Assembly (NCBI RefSeq): GCF_037042905.1 | Contig: NC_087250.1 | Coordinates: 11,658,001 to 11,718,000, forward strand | Origin: Lytechinus pictus | Taxonomy: Eukaryota | Length of the DNA: 60,000 bases | Direction: 5' to 3' | Shown here: positions 1-12,298 of the stretch, one piece after another | How the letters are laid out: each line of letters opens with the position of its first letter | Position numbering within the stretch: position 1 is the stretch's first letter | The notes under the pieces: generated by a model | Told to the model about the DNA's origin: nothing | Seen by the model: the letters and a program-made list of their open reading frames with translations, nothing else | Databases searched by the model: none | Translations under genes and position numbers: made by a program

Positions 1-99
1 TTTCACCCATGCTCAGATAGTAACAGTATGAAAGAAAATAATAGTTTTGAAAGCTGATATCCCGATGTTACTCCAAGTTACTGTTGATTGGAGTGCTAA

Positions 100-525
100 G
101 AAGTTAATTAAAATAATAATGCTAATGAATATGATAATAATGATGATAGTAATAATAAAAACTGATGATGGTAGTGATATATTTAAAATGATTGATATTG
201 ATAATGATGTTAGAATGATGATATTCATTGTGATATTGATGACGAAAATCATGTTCATAGTGCTTATAACTATAATAATAGCGAAAATAATAATGATGAC
301 AATATTAAACGAAATATTCTTACTCATTATGTTAGCCTCATGTTGATTATGAAGATGATGATAATAATAATGATGATGATGACGAGGACGACGATAACTG
401 ATCACGATGGCGATGGTAATAGTGATGATGATGATAATGATGATAACAATGATGATGACGCTGATAATAATCAGTTGATATCGATACGGATGAAGATTCT
501 TTTCGATAATGAAGATATTGATTGA
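100..525. repeat. Degenerate (GAT/AAT)n microsatellite
   Basis: Runs of gatgat/ataata; the overlapping ORFs translate as poly-I/M/D. Confidence 0.85.
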
Positions 526-589
526 CTGATTTCGTTTCAATTTTTCAACAACAAATTCTTAAAGTAAAGCAACTGTATGAGCCCATATT

Positions 590-907
590 GGGGATGCTGC
601 GTGCATTATTCTTGATAGGCAGCCCCCAGGTATTCTGGAAGCTGTATAAAAATGGAAAAATGAAACCAAAATGACCTTCATTTTCTTGCAAAACCTCTTT
701 TTTCAATTTTTTTTTTGCTTTTCAAATTTCTCGGGAGCAATTTGAGCTCCATTTTGTATCGTAAAAAAACTTTTTTTTTGTTTTTGCTTTTCAAATTTCT
801 CTGGAACAATTTGATCTTTATTTTGTAGTGTAAAATTTTTGTGTGTGTGTTTTTGCGCTTCAAATTTACATCAGCACCCCCACTAAAAAATCCTTCTGAG
901 GGCCCTG
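590..907 (-). mobile_element. Dispersed repeat (MITE-like), inverted relative to the copy at 3746-4045
   Basis: caggtattctggaag, tttcaaatttctcggga and tttacatcagcacccccact are reverse complements of blocks in 3746-4045. Confidence 0.7.
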
Positions 908-1036
908 AGAATTTCCGGGGGAGGGGGGGGGGGGGTGTGGTAGTGTCCGCAGGTTGAGAGTGTATGTGGAGATTCCGTGGGCGAAAGCGATTCCCGGCAT
1001 TTGAACCTTGGTGAAGGACTATGCACTACTATACTA

Positions 1037-1338
1037 CACTGTAAGAATAAAAAAATAAAAAGATCATAATTTACAGAAAGAAATAATCAAAGAATTCTGT
1101 AAATTGTTACAACAGGACAGATTTTCTATAATTTTTCTACAATTTTACAGAACATGTCTGTTTTAAAATAGGGGGAAACAGTTTTATTACAATAAATGTG
1201 TAAGGTTACACTCACCAAATACCAATTTTCTGTAATTTTACAAATGTATGTAATATTACACAGTGCAGTAAGATTTAGGGTTTTCTCGAGACTCTGCTGC
1301 AGGAATATATTTTTTAAAGTAGAAATTTTCTAACAGTG
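1037..1338. mobile_element. MITE with CACTG...CAGTG termini and TA flanks
   Basis: ta|cactgtaagaa ... ttctaacagtg|ta. Confidence 0.7.
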
Positions 1339-2283
1339 TATGCACGACTATCATGACTATACATATTAATTAAAAAATCATTTGTATCAACGTGCGCACT
1401 TGCATTTGAAAACGTTTGCGTGGTGGTCTGTGGAAAGAGGGGGGGGGGGGTTCATGGATAGACCTATATTTGAATGCTAAATGGAGGAGGAGAGGGGGGG
1501 GGGGCGATAAGTCAGTAAGCAGTGATTTTAGGCATCCTCCTTTTCTCTCCTTGCCGTTCATCCCTGATTAAATAAACACATTAAGAACCAGAACCAGATA
1601 TAAATCGTGTAGCCGCGGTGCTAAATGGCTCCAATCAGTGGCATTCATGCGTGACACTCCACATCACTCAAGTTCACGTCCGGATACACCAAGGAAACCA
1701 GCCCCTTACCCGATCAAATCCACTGCGTTTATGTCCAATTGCAAAACCATCGGTCGGTTTGGGGCCGGTTTCACTCGTGGAACTGTAGCATTAAAGAGCA
1801 AATCTGATTTTTGCTGATGAAAACAGGCGAAAAAGAATAAAAAGTCTTTGAAATGGAATGCATGAGGAAAAGGAGAAAGGACAATATTTGTTTGTGAGTG
1901 AAGATGTGGGTGTGGGAGTGCGAGAAGTGTATTTTGATTTTATTTTATTTCCACATTCGAATAACAAAGTATCATTTTCATTTTTCAACATTACATAACA
2001 TTAAGCTTTTCTTTTGAGGAAAAACAAGTGAAGATATGTTGATGTCACAATGAAATGGACACACACACACACATGGATAAAATTTCAAATTAAAAATTAT
2101 TTCCGAAGAATCATGCACACCATGATTTTAAACCGAAAAAATAAATAAATAAAAAAAACATACATCCTACTCCTGACCTTTGGCGTAAAGAATGTCTCTC
2201 TAAATCGTTATCAATGTGTATATTTCACTACTATTTTAACGAGTGTTTTGTCACAACTGTTAAAAAGAATCTGAATATATACG

Positions 2284-2535
2284 CACACATAAAATGTTGG
2301 GCAACATACTGTCCACTGTGTTGGGTAATGTATGTTAGTAAATATATATATATATATACATTCTGGGCAATTATTATCCAATTGAGAAAATCTAGTACCC
2401 AATTATTATTTTTTATTACCCAATTTGGACAGATTTTAACAAATAGTTGTGTGGACAGTATGTTGCCCAGGGATGGTTAAAAATTTGACTTTTTTGGCCC
2501 AACCATGGTCCATGGCCCAACCTATTTTAAGAGTG
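2284..2535. mobile_element. CAC...GTG MITE, same family as 4237-4450 in opposite orientation
   Basis: aaatgttgggcaacatactgtccactgtgtt is the reverse complement of the end of 4237-4450; ends ttttaagagtg|ta. Confidence 0.8.
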
Positions 2536-2889
2536 TACGCTGGTGAATGGATAACTAAAAAGTAATTTTTAATGATGTATTTCAAGGAATGCGGCCGAGT
2601 GGCCCGATTCTATCTTTAAGCCGACCTACAACTTATTATCAAAAATAGTGAGGGGGACATGGCGTAATTATTCAGAAGTAGCATTGTGAATGATATTTGA
2701 CCTTGGTCTTGCCCTGGTATTGATTTTTGTTTTTGGTGACAGGCGTAGCGTAAAAAGGGAACATGTTTAACCCCGGGGTTTGTTAGCAAATGAAGCGAAG
2801 GAAGGCTTCTTAATTTAGTCGCTTCGATGGAGTTTGTGTGTCACGATTGATGAAGGGTTATTTTGGCGGAATTTCGGACAGTTTGGTGC

Positions 2890-3695
2890 TGATTATGCAT
2901 AGCTATGGTGGTAGCGGTGGGGGTGTGATGGTGTTGATAGTGGTGGTTGTGGTGACGATAATGGTTGTAATGGTGATGGTGGTGGTGATAGTGATGATGA
3001 TGACGATGATGATAATGGTGGTGGTGGTGGTTGTGGTGGCTATATGACGATGACTGTGGTGATGGAAGTGGTGGTGATTGTGGTGGTGATAATGGTCAAG
3101 GTGGTGGTGTTGTTGATGATGATGATGATGACGGTGGTGATGGTATGATAGTAGTTGTGATGGTGATGATGATGGTGGACATGATAACGACGACGACATT
3201 GCCGTTGACAATGATGATGATCATCATAATGATGGGGATGATTGTGGTGGTGATGATAATTGTGATGGTGATGATCATCATGGTGGTAGTGGTGATGATG
3301 ATCGTGATGATCGTAATGATGGGGGTGATGTTGATGATGGTGATGGTGTTGATGATGGTGGTTTTAGTGTTGATGATGATTGTGGTGGTGGTGGTGGTGA
3401 TGATGATGATGATATTGCTGTTGAGAATGATTACGATGATGATGATCATAATGATGGTGAGGATTGTGGTGATGAATTATAATGATGATGGTGCTTGTGG
3501 TGGTGATGGATAAGGGTGGTGGTAGTGATGATGATGATGGTAGTGGTGATGATAATGGTTCTGATGGTGATGATGATGGTGGTGGCGAAGGTGGTGATTA
3601 TTGTTGTGTTGGTGATTGTAGTAGCGATGATGATAATGATAGTTTTGTTGTCAATGATGATGATACTGATTGTGTTTTTAGTGATTATAATGATT
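2890..3695. repeat. Degenerate (GAT/GGT)n microsatellite
   Basis: Direct reading. Confidence 0.9.
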
Positions 3696-3745
3696 TAAAT
3701 ATCGCACCCAAAGTAGATTTAATCATGGATATTTCCCTGAACATA

Positions 3746-4045
3746 AGTGGGGGTGCTGATGTAAAAAGAAGGAGAATAAAAAAAAGGTTTTCACTACTAA
3801 ATGGACGTCAAATTGGTCCCGAGAAATTTGAAAAGCAATACAAGAAGAAAAATAAAGGTTTCCAATACAAAAAAAGAATTCAAATTTCACACAAAAAAGG
3901 GTTTCACTACAAAATGAAAGTCATTTTAATTACATTTTAACACATCTTCCAGAATACCTAGGGGTGAAACCTCTGGAGAATAATACACGTAGCACCCACA
4001 AGGAAAATTTTGGGCTGCTAATCACACCCGCTTCCCAGAGCCATG
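3746..4045 (+). mobile_element. Dispersed repeat (MITE-like), partner of 590-907
   Basis: agtgggggtgctgatgtaaa, cccgagaaatttgaaaagc, cttccagaatacct. Confidence 0.7.
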
Positions 4046-4066
4046 GAATATATTTTCATAGGCCTA

Positions 4067-4234
4067 CACTGTAAAAAATATTGGTTAAAATTTTAACCAG
4101 CACGAGGATAATTATGAGTCCAACCAATTTGGGGCAGTATGCGGGAAGCATATTGTCCAATAAGGTTAAAAATAAGGGGCAATTACTTTAGAATGGGCAA
4201 AATTCAAATGTTTTAAATATTCTTTTTTAGAGTA
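4067..4234 (+). mobile_element. Internally deleted CACTG-family MITE, related to 50037-50289
   Basis: Shares taattatgagtccaaccaatttggggcagtat and gttactttagaatggg-like blocks with 50037-50289. Confidence 0.75.
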
Positions 4235-4236
4235 TA

Positions 4237-4450
4237 CACTCTTAAAATAGTTGGGCAAAAATTCCCAACTCTTGACCAACCCTGGGCCACATAACCCCAC
4301 ACAACTACTGGTTAAAATTTGGAAATTAAAACTATAACTAGTAACGAATTTGCTCAATTAGATAATAATTGCCCAAAATATATATATATATATTACCAAC
4401 ATAAATCCCCAAACACAGTGGACAGTATGTTGCCCAACATTTCAAGTGTG
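4237..4450. mobile_element. CAC...GTG MITE abutting the previous element
   Basis: ta|cactcttaaaatagttgggc ... gcccaacatttcaagtgtg|ta. Confidence 0.8.
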
Positions 4451-4517
4451 TACTGTTGACGATATGGTTAGAATGTATGCAATATGCACTGATATCGAGG
4501 AACACGGCAGTGACTGT

Positions 4518-4590
4518 CGTTTCAGCCGGGATTCGAACCCGGGTCCCTGGCATGGTGTGCCAATGTCTTCAACCACTGGACCACTGAAAC
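4518..4590 (-). tRNA. tRNA-like cloverleaf, anticodon ACC (probably repeat-borne or pseudo-tRNA)
   Basis: Reverse complement: GTTTCAG TG GTCCAGTGGTTGAAGAC A TTGGC ACACCAT GCCAG GGAC CCGGG TTCGAAT CCCGG CTGAAAC G. Perfect 7-bp acceptor stem, intact T arm and A/B boxes, but A32/C33 are non-canonical. Confidence 0.65.
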
Positions 4591-5560
4591 TTATCAGATC
4601 AAGTAGCCGTGTTCATCAATATCCTTTCAGCAATGGCGCCACGATGGGGGGGGGGGTGATTTATCTACATAACGCAACATTTTAAAACGTCTTTGAAATC
4701 ATGTCATTTTCAGGCTGGGTTTCGCCTTTGATGAAAGATGATAAGGAGAAATTATGTTGGCTTAACTGCTATGAAAAAAACAAATGAAATTTGCAGAATA
4801 AATGCAAAATAATAAAAGATAAAAAATAATAACAAAAGTACACGAAATGTAGCGAATTAGAGGTTTATGTGCGCCGAAACATTTGTGGTAATAATTTAAG
4901 GGAGAGAGGGAGCAAATAGAGAGAGAGAGAGAGAGGGGGGGGGGGGGAGGTTACGGGAAGAATCTTATCTGGAGATATAATTCCCTTCTCTTTTAAATTG
5001 AAAGGAAAATAATTTTCCCGATGAACTACAAAATTGAAATACATCTACGCTCATTTCTTGTTTGATAACGGCAAAGGGATAACAGCTAATTTCTATATAC
5101 TTATCCATTGTGTGTATATTGACAAGCAATGCTTGTCTTTGCCACATGTGTGATGCTTTCGGCTCGTTTCTCACGTTTCAATTTTTTCCATATCCACTTT
5201 TACCCCTCTACATTTTTTTATTCTTCTTTTCGCGAAGAAGTACGTTGTAGTACGTGTCATACAGCGGTGCGCTGCTTGCACTTCGCGCCGGGTGTTTCGG
5301 CTCGATGCTCAATCACGTAGCCGTTCTTATGGCGTGGCGCTGCTCATGATGTACTGAACATCTCCCTTCCTCTCTATCCCCGCTTTTCATCCTCGCGTTT
5401 GTAAACGCGCGCTTTATACATCAATCAGTGTCTCCTTCAAGCTTTATCGAATGATGTATGATAATATGTACTTAAAGTGAAATTAGTCGAAGTGGGCTCT
5501 TGTGGTTTAGAATTAGTCAATTTTTCCTTCTTCGCTACCGCTTTTTTTTTCTTTTTTGGG

Positions 5561-5810
5561 GTTCCCATTTTAATTTCAGGGCTGTCATTTGAAGTGATGT
5601 ATTGGATGTTGGATTTGTAGTAGAGCAAAGAGGATAGCCGTGCTGAAGAGTAGGACTAAGACAATGATGAGTGTGTACACAGAATGAGATAGATAGATAT
5701 ATAGATAGAGTACGGGGGAGAGAGGAGAGTAGGTTATTGATATTATCTGTATAGAAGAATACATACGTAGTAGTAGTAGTAGAAATAGTAGAAATAGAAA
5801 TAATAGTATC

Positions 5811-5854
<44 letters not shown>

Positions 5855-5993
5855 TAGTAGTAGTAGAAGTAGTAGTATAGTAGTAGTAGTAGTATCAGTA
5901 GTAGTAGTAGTAGTATCAGTAGTAGTAATAGTAGTAATAGTAGTAGGAGTAGTAGGAGTAGTAGGAGTAGTTGAAGTAGTAGTAGTAGAAGTT

Positions 5994-6030
<37 letters not shown>

Positions 6031-6364
6031 TAGTAGTAGTAGTAGTAGTTAGTTGTAGTAGTAGTAGTAGGAGTAGTAGTAGTAGTAGTAGTAAAATTAA
6101 TAGTTCCCGTTTTAATTTCAGGGGTGTCAGTTGAAGTAATGTATTGTATTGGATTTGCAGTAGAGCAAAGAGGATAGCCGTGCTGAAGAGTGGGACTAAG
6201 ACAATGATGAGTGTGTACACAGAATGAGATACAGTAGACATGGTAGATAGATATATAGATATAGTACGGGGGAGAAAGGAGGGTAGGTTATTGATATTAT
6301 CTGCATAGAAGAAGACATAAGTAGTAGTAGTAGTAGTAGTAGAAGTAGAAGTAGTAGTAGTACC

Positions 6365-6410
<46 letters not shown>

Positions 6411-6488
6411 TAGTATCAGTAGTAGTAGTAGTATCAGTAGTAGTAGTGGTAGTAGTAGTAGTAGTAGGAGCAGTAGTAGTAATAGTAA

Positions 6489-6542
<54 letters not shown>

Positions 6543-6572
6543 GAGTACTAGAAGTAGAAGTAGTAGTAGTAG

Positions 6573-6626
<54 letters not shown>

Positions 6627-6632
6627 GAGTAG

Positions 6633-6668
<36 letters not shown>

Positions 6669-6690
6669 GAGGAGGAGTAGGAGTATTATA
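5561..6690 (+). repeat. Tandem duplication (~540-bp period) of a ~205-bp unique block plus (AGT)n
   Basis: gttccc..ttttaatttcagg ... agagcaaagaggatagccgtgctgaagagt..gactaagacaatgatgagtgtgtacacagaatgagata starts at 5561 and 6103, each followed by (AGT)n. Confidence 0.9.
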
Positions 6691-6764
6691 CTGAAGATAC
6701 TAGTAGCAGTATAGTGGTAATATTGTTTTTTAAGTAATAAATATAATAGTAATTGTTTCGATTG

Positions 6765-7010
6765 TGATAATTGAAGTAATAATGATAATAATATTAATAA
6801 TGATAATAATAATGATAATAATAATGATAACAATAGTAATAATAATACTAATAACAAAATTTATAATAATACTAATAATGATAATAATAATAATAATAAC
6901 ATTAATAATTACACTAATAACAATAATTAATATAACAATAACAATAATAAAAATAATAATAATAACTATAATGGTATAAGTAGTAATAATGTTGATGAGT
7001 AACAACAACA
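6765..7010. repeat. (AAT)n microsatellite
   Basis: Direct reading. Confidence 0.9.
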
Positions 7011-9252
7011 ATATTTAAATTTTGTACTACTAATAATTAAAATAAAGCAATAATGATGATTATACAAGGCCATTTTATAGTGTACGTATAGCATCGTTTT
7101 AACGTCTATAATTATGCTCTTCTAGATGATTTGATAGTATAATTACGCTTTAATGATATCATTAAAATGAAATAATAACATTAAATTACACAAATGAATC
7201 ATTTTGTTCAGGCTTATTGTAGAGACAATCACTCTCTGTTGACAATGATACTGAATAATAACATTCAGAGAGAATTGTATACAAAATGTAAAGGATCTTA
7301 TTGAACGACCGTCTTTGTGATTGCATTTTAGCTTAGAAAATTGCTAATCTTAATCGAAAAGCGGTAGGACTATACTAACTTTTAAAAGATATCAACAGAA
7401 GTGATGAATCAATAATTTTATGAAAGATTATATAACAAAACAGAATTTTAAAAATAAATTGAAGTAAAATCTCGAATGGAAGAATTATGATCACTATTAT
7501 TATCAAGAAAGAATAGGCCTATACAGCTTCACAACAATTGTGAACATATTTCCCGTGTTGTTATTTCCAATTCATTTGTGCGTTTTCAATGTTATCATGT
7601 AATTTCATTTCAATATCGAAAATTTGAAAAATATGTTATATAAAGTAAGAGTTTTATAGAAAATAATCCAACTAAGAGCGATATCGTCGATATGAATAAA
7701 TCACTAAAGAAAACTGTATAATGTTTATTTCGAGTCAAAGGCATTTTAATACTAATGGCTACAAATGAACATAATGAACAATAAATATACCCATCAAAGC
7801 TATATAATTCTTTAGAGTAAAATGATACAGATGTAATAGATTTGGCATTTTGGTCGGGGAAAATATATCAACGTTTTTAAAAAGACCGTAGATGAAAATG
7901 GATGGAAAAAAGAGACGAGTGTTAATATTGATTTTCAAACAAGAAATAGTAATTCATTATTACCGGAGCAGAAATATATATTGGACGAAAAGCCAACCTC
8001 ATGAAAAAGAGAATAGGCGGTATGAATACTGATTCAAAGTTTTAATTAACCGAATAACAATTTACTTTATTAATTTGCGACATGCGAAACGGCGCTTCCA
8101 AAATAATGCGAGGCGAGACGAAATAACCACACACAAAATCATCAGATACGCACAGCATCATTATTGAAATACACATACAAACCCCAGATTACAAGGTTGC
8201 TGCTCGCTCTCAGAGCGCGATCGTACTTTCCCCCAGCCGGCTGGGTCCGGCCGCGTTGCACTCTAATGCACGGTGGTGGCGATTAGGAACACAATTACTT
8301 CATTACATATTGATGTGTATTGATTTGTCGTCATATTAATCCTTTCTCCCCCGGGCCAGAGAGGTATTAATTCGACCACCTGAAAGAGACTGGAAGAAAC
8401 CAAAACCCCTAAGCCCTTCAGGGGCTTTTCTGCCATCTTTTTCTCCTTCTCTTTTTAGTCTTTCAACCTATATCCGACACTCAACTATTTCGTTACTTTT
8501 TCCTATCTAGTCGAAGCTCCTTGCTTTTATTACCGTATAGTTTCCTCAAGTGTATTACGCCGCCGATCTAAAATTATATATCTACAAAAATAAAATTTCA
8601 TAAACTTATTACTCTATCATCGGGAAATAACTAAACAGCTTACAACACAAATCTTTTTTAATTTTTTCCTCAGTTGATCCGTTATCACTGTATTTTTAAT
8701 TAATTAAATTAAATATACATATGAATTTCTACCAAGTGCTTGCATGTACAAATAATTCCGCGTAAAAAATACAAATGTAATATTTGATTTGATTCAATTC
8801 AATTCAATTTTAACAGCTAGCACATTAAAATATTCAGTCGTTTCAGGTTACATGAGAAAAAAAAATCAGATGAGGGATCCAGATATTTAAAAAAAGATTA
8901 GATAAATTATACTATTTTTTTCTTGGACATTAAATGCAGGAATATGATTGTTAACTACATGTATTTCAACTTTTAGTAGGGCATTAAAAATGCATTTGAC
9001 ATGTGTGAACAAAAATACTAATTATCAACCTGCATGTTATGAGAGTGCAGAAACTGAAAATGATACATCTGAGAAAATGAATGAATAAAAGAAAATTTTG
9101 ATTATTATTCTGCTTGTTAGGAGAGGGCTGATACAGAAAATAATAAAACAAAGAAATTGAAAAATAAAATAAAAACTAGAATTATTCAGCGACTTAATTA
9201 TTAATACAAATTGCAGAGGGTCCTTAGGCAATCCATGATAAGGCCCTATAGT

Positions 9253-10114
9253 CCCTGTTGAAAATAACACAGGGCCACACAGTGTGCCCCCACAGTTCAC
9301 ACTGTAATAATGATAGTAATATTGATAATAAACAATGGTTTATCTATATTTACCCAGGGTAGCCACTTCAGTTCCGAAAACTGTTCTCCCAACGGGCCCT
9401 GCTATTATTATTACCCAACTGAGCTAGGCTACATATTCCGGTGGACATAGCTTTTTGAGGAATTACTTCCTGCCGGTACCCTTTTAACTCACCTGGGTCG
9501 AGTGCAGCACACTGTGGATGAATTCCTTGCTGAAGGAAATTACGCCATGGCTGGATATTAACCCACAACCCTCTGTTTCAAAGTCCGGAGGCTAATCCAC
9601 TGGGCCACGACGTTCCAGTGTGGAACGCAGTGTTAAAACACATTCATACCCCGTGAATTTGAGCATTTTACAAGTGTGAATCACATTTTCAAACATTACG
9701 TGAATACTCAGTGAACAATCAGACTTGAATAGTTTTTATAGTGTGAAACTTTCCCCACATTATCAAAATTGAGCATATTAACAATATATACTGTGAATTT
9801 TAATCTCTACTTAGTGTATTACGTGAACACAACGTGAAAACAATGTGAACCCACATTGAACACACTTTGGACACAGTGTGAACACACTCTGAATATACTG
9901 TGAACATATTGTGAACATACCGTGAACATACTGTTGACACTTTGTGAACACACTGCGCACAGATTGAAAACAGACTGTAAACAGACTGTGAACACACTGT
10001 GGAAACAATGCGAACACAATATAAACACACTGTGAACAAAATGTAAATAGACTGTAAACACACTGTGAAAACGCTGTGAACACACTATGAACACACAGTG
10101 TTTTTTCCAGCAGG
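9253..10114. mobile_element. Non-autonomous element with CCTG...CAGG ends and internal ~11-bp (aacacactgtg)-like repeats; SINE inserted
   Basis: ccctgttgaaaataacaca ... tgttttttccagcagg imperfect TIRs; repeated tgtgaacacac at 9820-10100; related to 15236-16289. Confidence 0.6.
9305..9612 (-). mobile_element. tRNA-derived SINE
   Basis: Reverse complement begins cgtcgtggcccagtggattag (A box) with a degenerate B box, has core gcactcgacccaggtgag...gggtaccggcagg and an (ATT)n tail; head and core homologous to 15930-16221. Confidence 0.85.
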
Positions 10115-10695
10115 TTTATCATACCAAGAATAGGATACTAACTATCAGACTGTCAAGAAAGCCTAAATGAAATAAATTGATTAAAACGAACGCAACCACC
10201 ATGACCACGAATAGTACACAATTGTGAATGATGACTAGTAGAAGGGGGGGGGGGGGCAGGAAACTACAGACAAAAATCAAAACATGTCTATCAAAATATT
10301 GAGAATTATAAAGCTGTACGTAATAATGATGATAATATTGACTGACTTTTCTTTCGGGAAACATCAAATATATTGCCCTTAAAAAAACCATATTGCCCTC
10401 GTCTAAAGACTCGGGCCAATGTGATCCTGTTGCGGATAACATATTTGATGTAATTCCCCTTCAAGACCTTTTGAATATTAACATAAGTAACAAGTAAATT
10501 ATTATGATAACTTCAACCAATCGTGCCGACACACATACACCCCCACACACTCACAAGCGCGCCCACTGGGCCAACCCCCCCCCCAAAAAAAAATATCAAT
10601 TTGAAAAACATACATTAGTATATTATGTGTATTATACACCATGCAGCTATTTATGATGTTGGATACTCATGCATCCCAGACCGTAGCGTATAGAG

Positions 10696-10899
10696 GGTTC
10701 TATGACATTTGCTCCGGCGACAATTGCTCCTCTGTGAATTTCACACAATAATGGAATCGCCAACTTCAACCCTAGGCTTAACACTATACCCTTACCCTAA
10801 ACCCAACCCGAAACCTAACATCAAACCAGATTGCAACCCTAACCCTACATCTGAAATCAAGCTCGGAGCAATTGTCGGAAGAGCGAATGTCGTGTCGCC
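10696..10899 (+). mobile_element. Short element with subterminal inverted repeats and an internal degenerate (CCCTAA)n tract
   Basis: gacatttgctccggcgacaattgctcc ... ggagcaattgtcggaagagcgaatgtc flank ccctaaacccaacc/aaccctaaccct; second copy inverted at 46382-46580. Confidence 0.75.
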
Positions 10900-12165
10900 A
10901 GAGTTTCGATTACAAACGAGCAGTAACTTTCGATTATACTAATATAATGCTGATTTGCATGATTATATCAAGTTATAGCGTTACCATGCTATGGTCATTA
11001 AACAAATTCAACAAATTAATCTTAGCTTTGTTCTATTTTAATGATGAAGGTTATTATAGTTTTAACTCAGTTGAAATATTCTCGCAATATTTTCTGTTAA
11101 AAATACACCCTGTGTATTTGCTCGGAAAATATGACCCTTCCGAATATTGAACCAAGAGACTCATTCTGTAAACATACTAAACATAGCAGGGGTTTTAACT
11201 CTTTGCACGCTGAATTAATTTTGGGGTATAATAATGACAATTGTTTTGATGACATTTTCTTTGAAATTAGAGTTCATATTTGTACCATTTGTACTGATAA
11301 TTATTGTGTAGATATTAATCAAGAACTATATAGCCATTGGTAAGCTTCTCCAGTATAAAGTTAAGGGAGAAAACTAATTATTACGATTACCGAATTTAAT
11401 TGTACGAATGTGCAAAATTGCAACATTAGCGTGGCAAGGGTATAGTTCACTAACAATAATTCACTAACAATAACAAACCTTTGGATACCTTTTTAATTTA
11501 CTAACATACAGGAATGACGGCTCGATAAGTTAGCTTTTATGCAATAAAGAAAATGTACCTAATATTATGTTAAAAGATTCATGATCGTTGGCTTCAATAA
11601 TAATGATTAATGTCATCAACATTTTACTCAACGATTTGGGGGAAAAAAGTACCCAAGGCATGAACATACTTTATACCCGATAAGATGTTTTATTCAACGA
11701 TATGACATGTTCTCTTTTATCAAAATAATATTTGGTAATCTGCCTTTTGTCATGTTTATTACAATGTTCTGCATTAATACTTTTAAAAGGGAAGAAATAA
11801 TTAGACAGTAAATACGATTAATATCATTTTGAATGGCTGTATACTAAACGAAAGGTTAAACAAGTGTTAAATTCTTAAGCAACAAGGTTTTGTATTAAAG
11901 TATAATTATTACGAACATAATCATCAGAAAATGAGTTACTTTTTAACAATGATGATACAATCGAGTCATTCATATGAAGGTTTACGTTGCAAGACTATTA
12001 TTGAGCACATGGGCTTATAGCAAGACATTTGATTGGGCTCCATGCAGGGAACACAGTATCGCTATACTATAATATAGGCCTATAGTTTTCCTAGTTTGCG
12101 TTCTGCATAACCTCGGAAGCAATTCCCTGGAGGCATTATGCATGTGCTTCTGTTCCTTGTCCCAT

Positions 12166-12298
12166 ATTTTTACGTCTAGGGCCAACTTTTAAGGCCACCA
12201 TCCAAACGAAGAGACCGGGACTCGGACCTGGAATCTCTTCATCAATTCAGAACTTCCCCTCTTAGCTTGGATTACATGCGCACGCCACAACGCCAAGT
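12166..12298 (-). mobile_element. SINE with 7SL(Alu-domain)-like head, diverged copy
   Basis: Reverse complement: acttggcgttgtggcgtgcgcatgtaatccaagctaagaggggaagtt...; aligns with 36031-36219. Confidence 0.75.

Noticed and set aside
13..7011. Long ORFs rich in I/M/V/L/T/H
   Set aside because: Translations of trinucleotide microsatellites, open in several frames on both strands
7200..8050. Possible decayed LINE ORF2 segment
   Set aside because: A-rich and suggestive, but no recognisable motif could be translated
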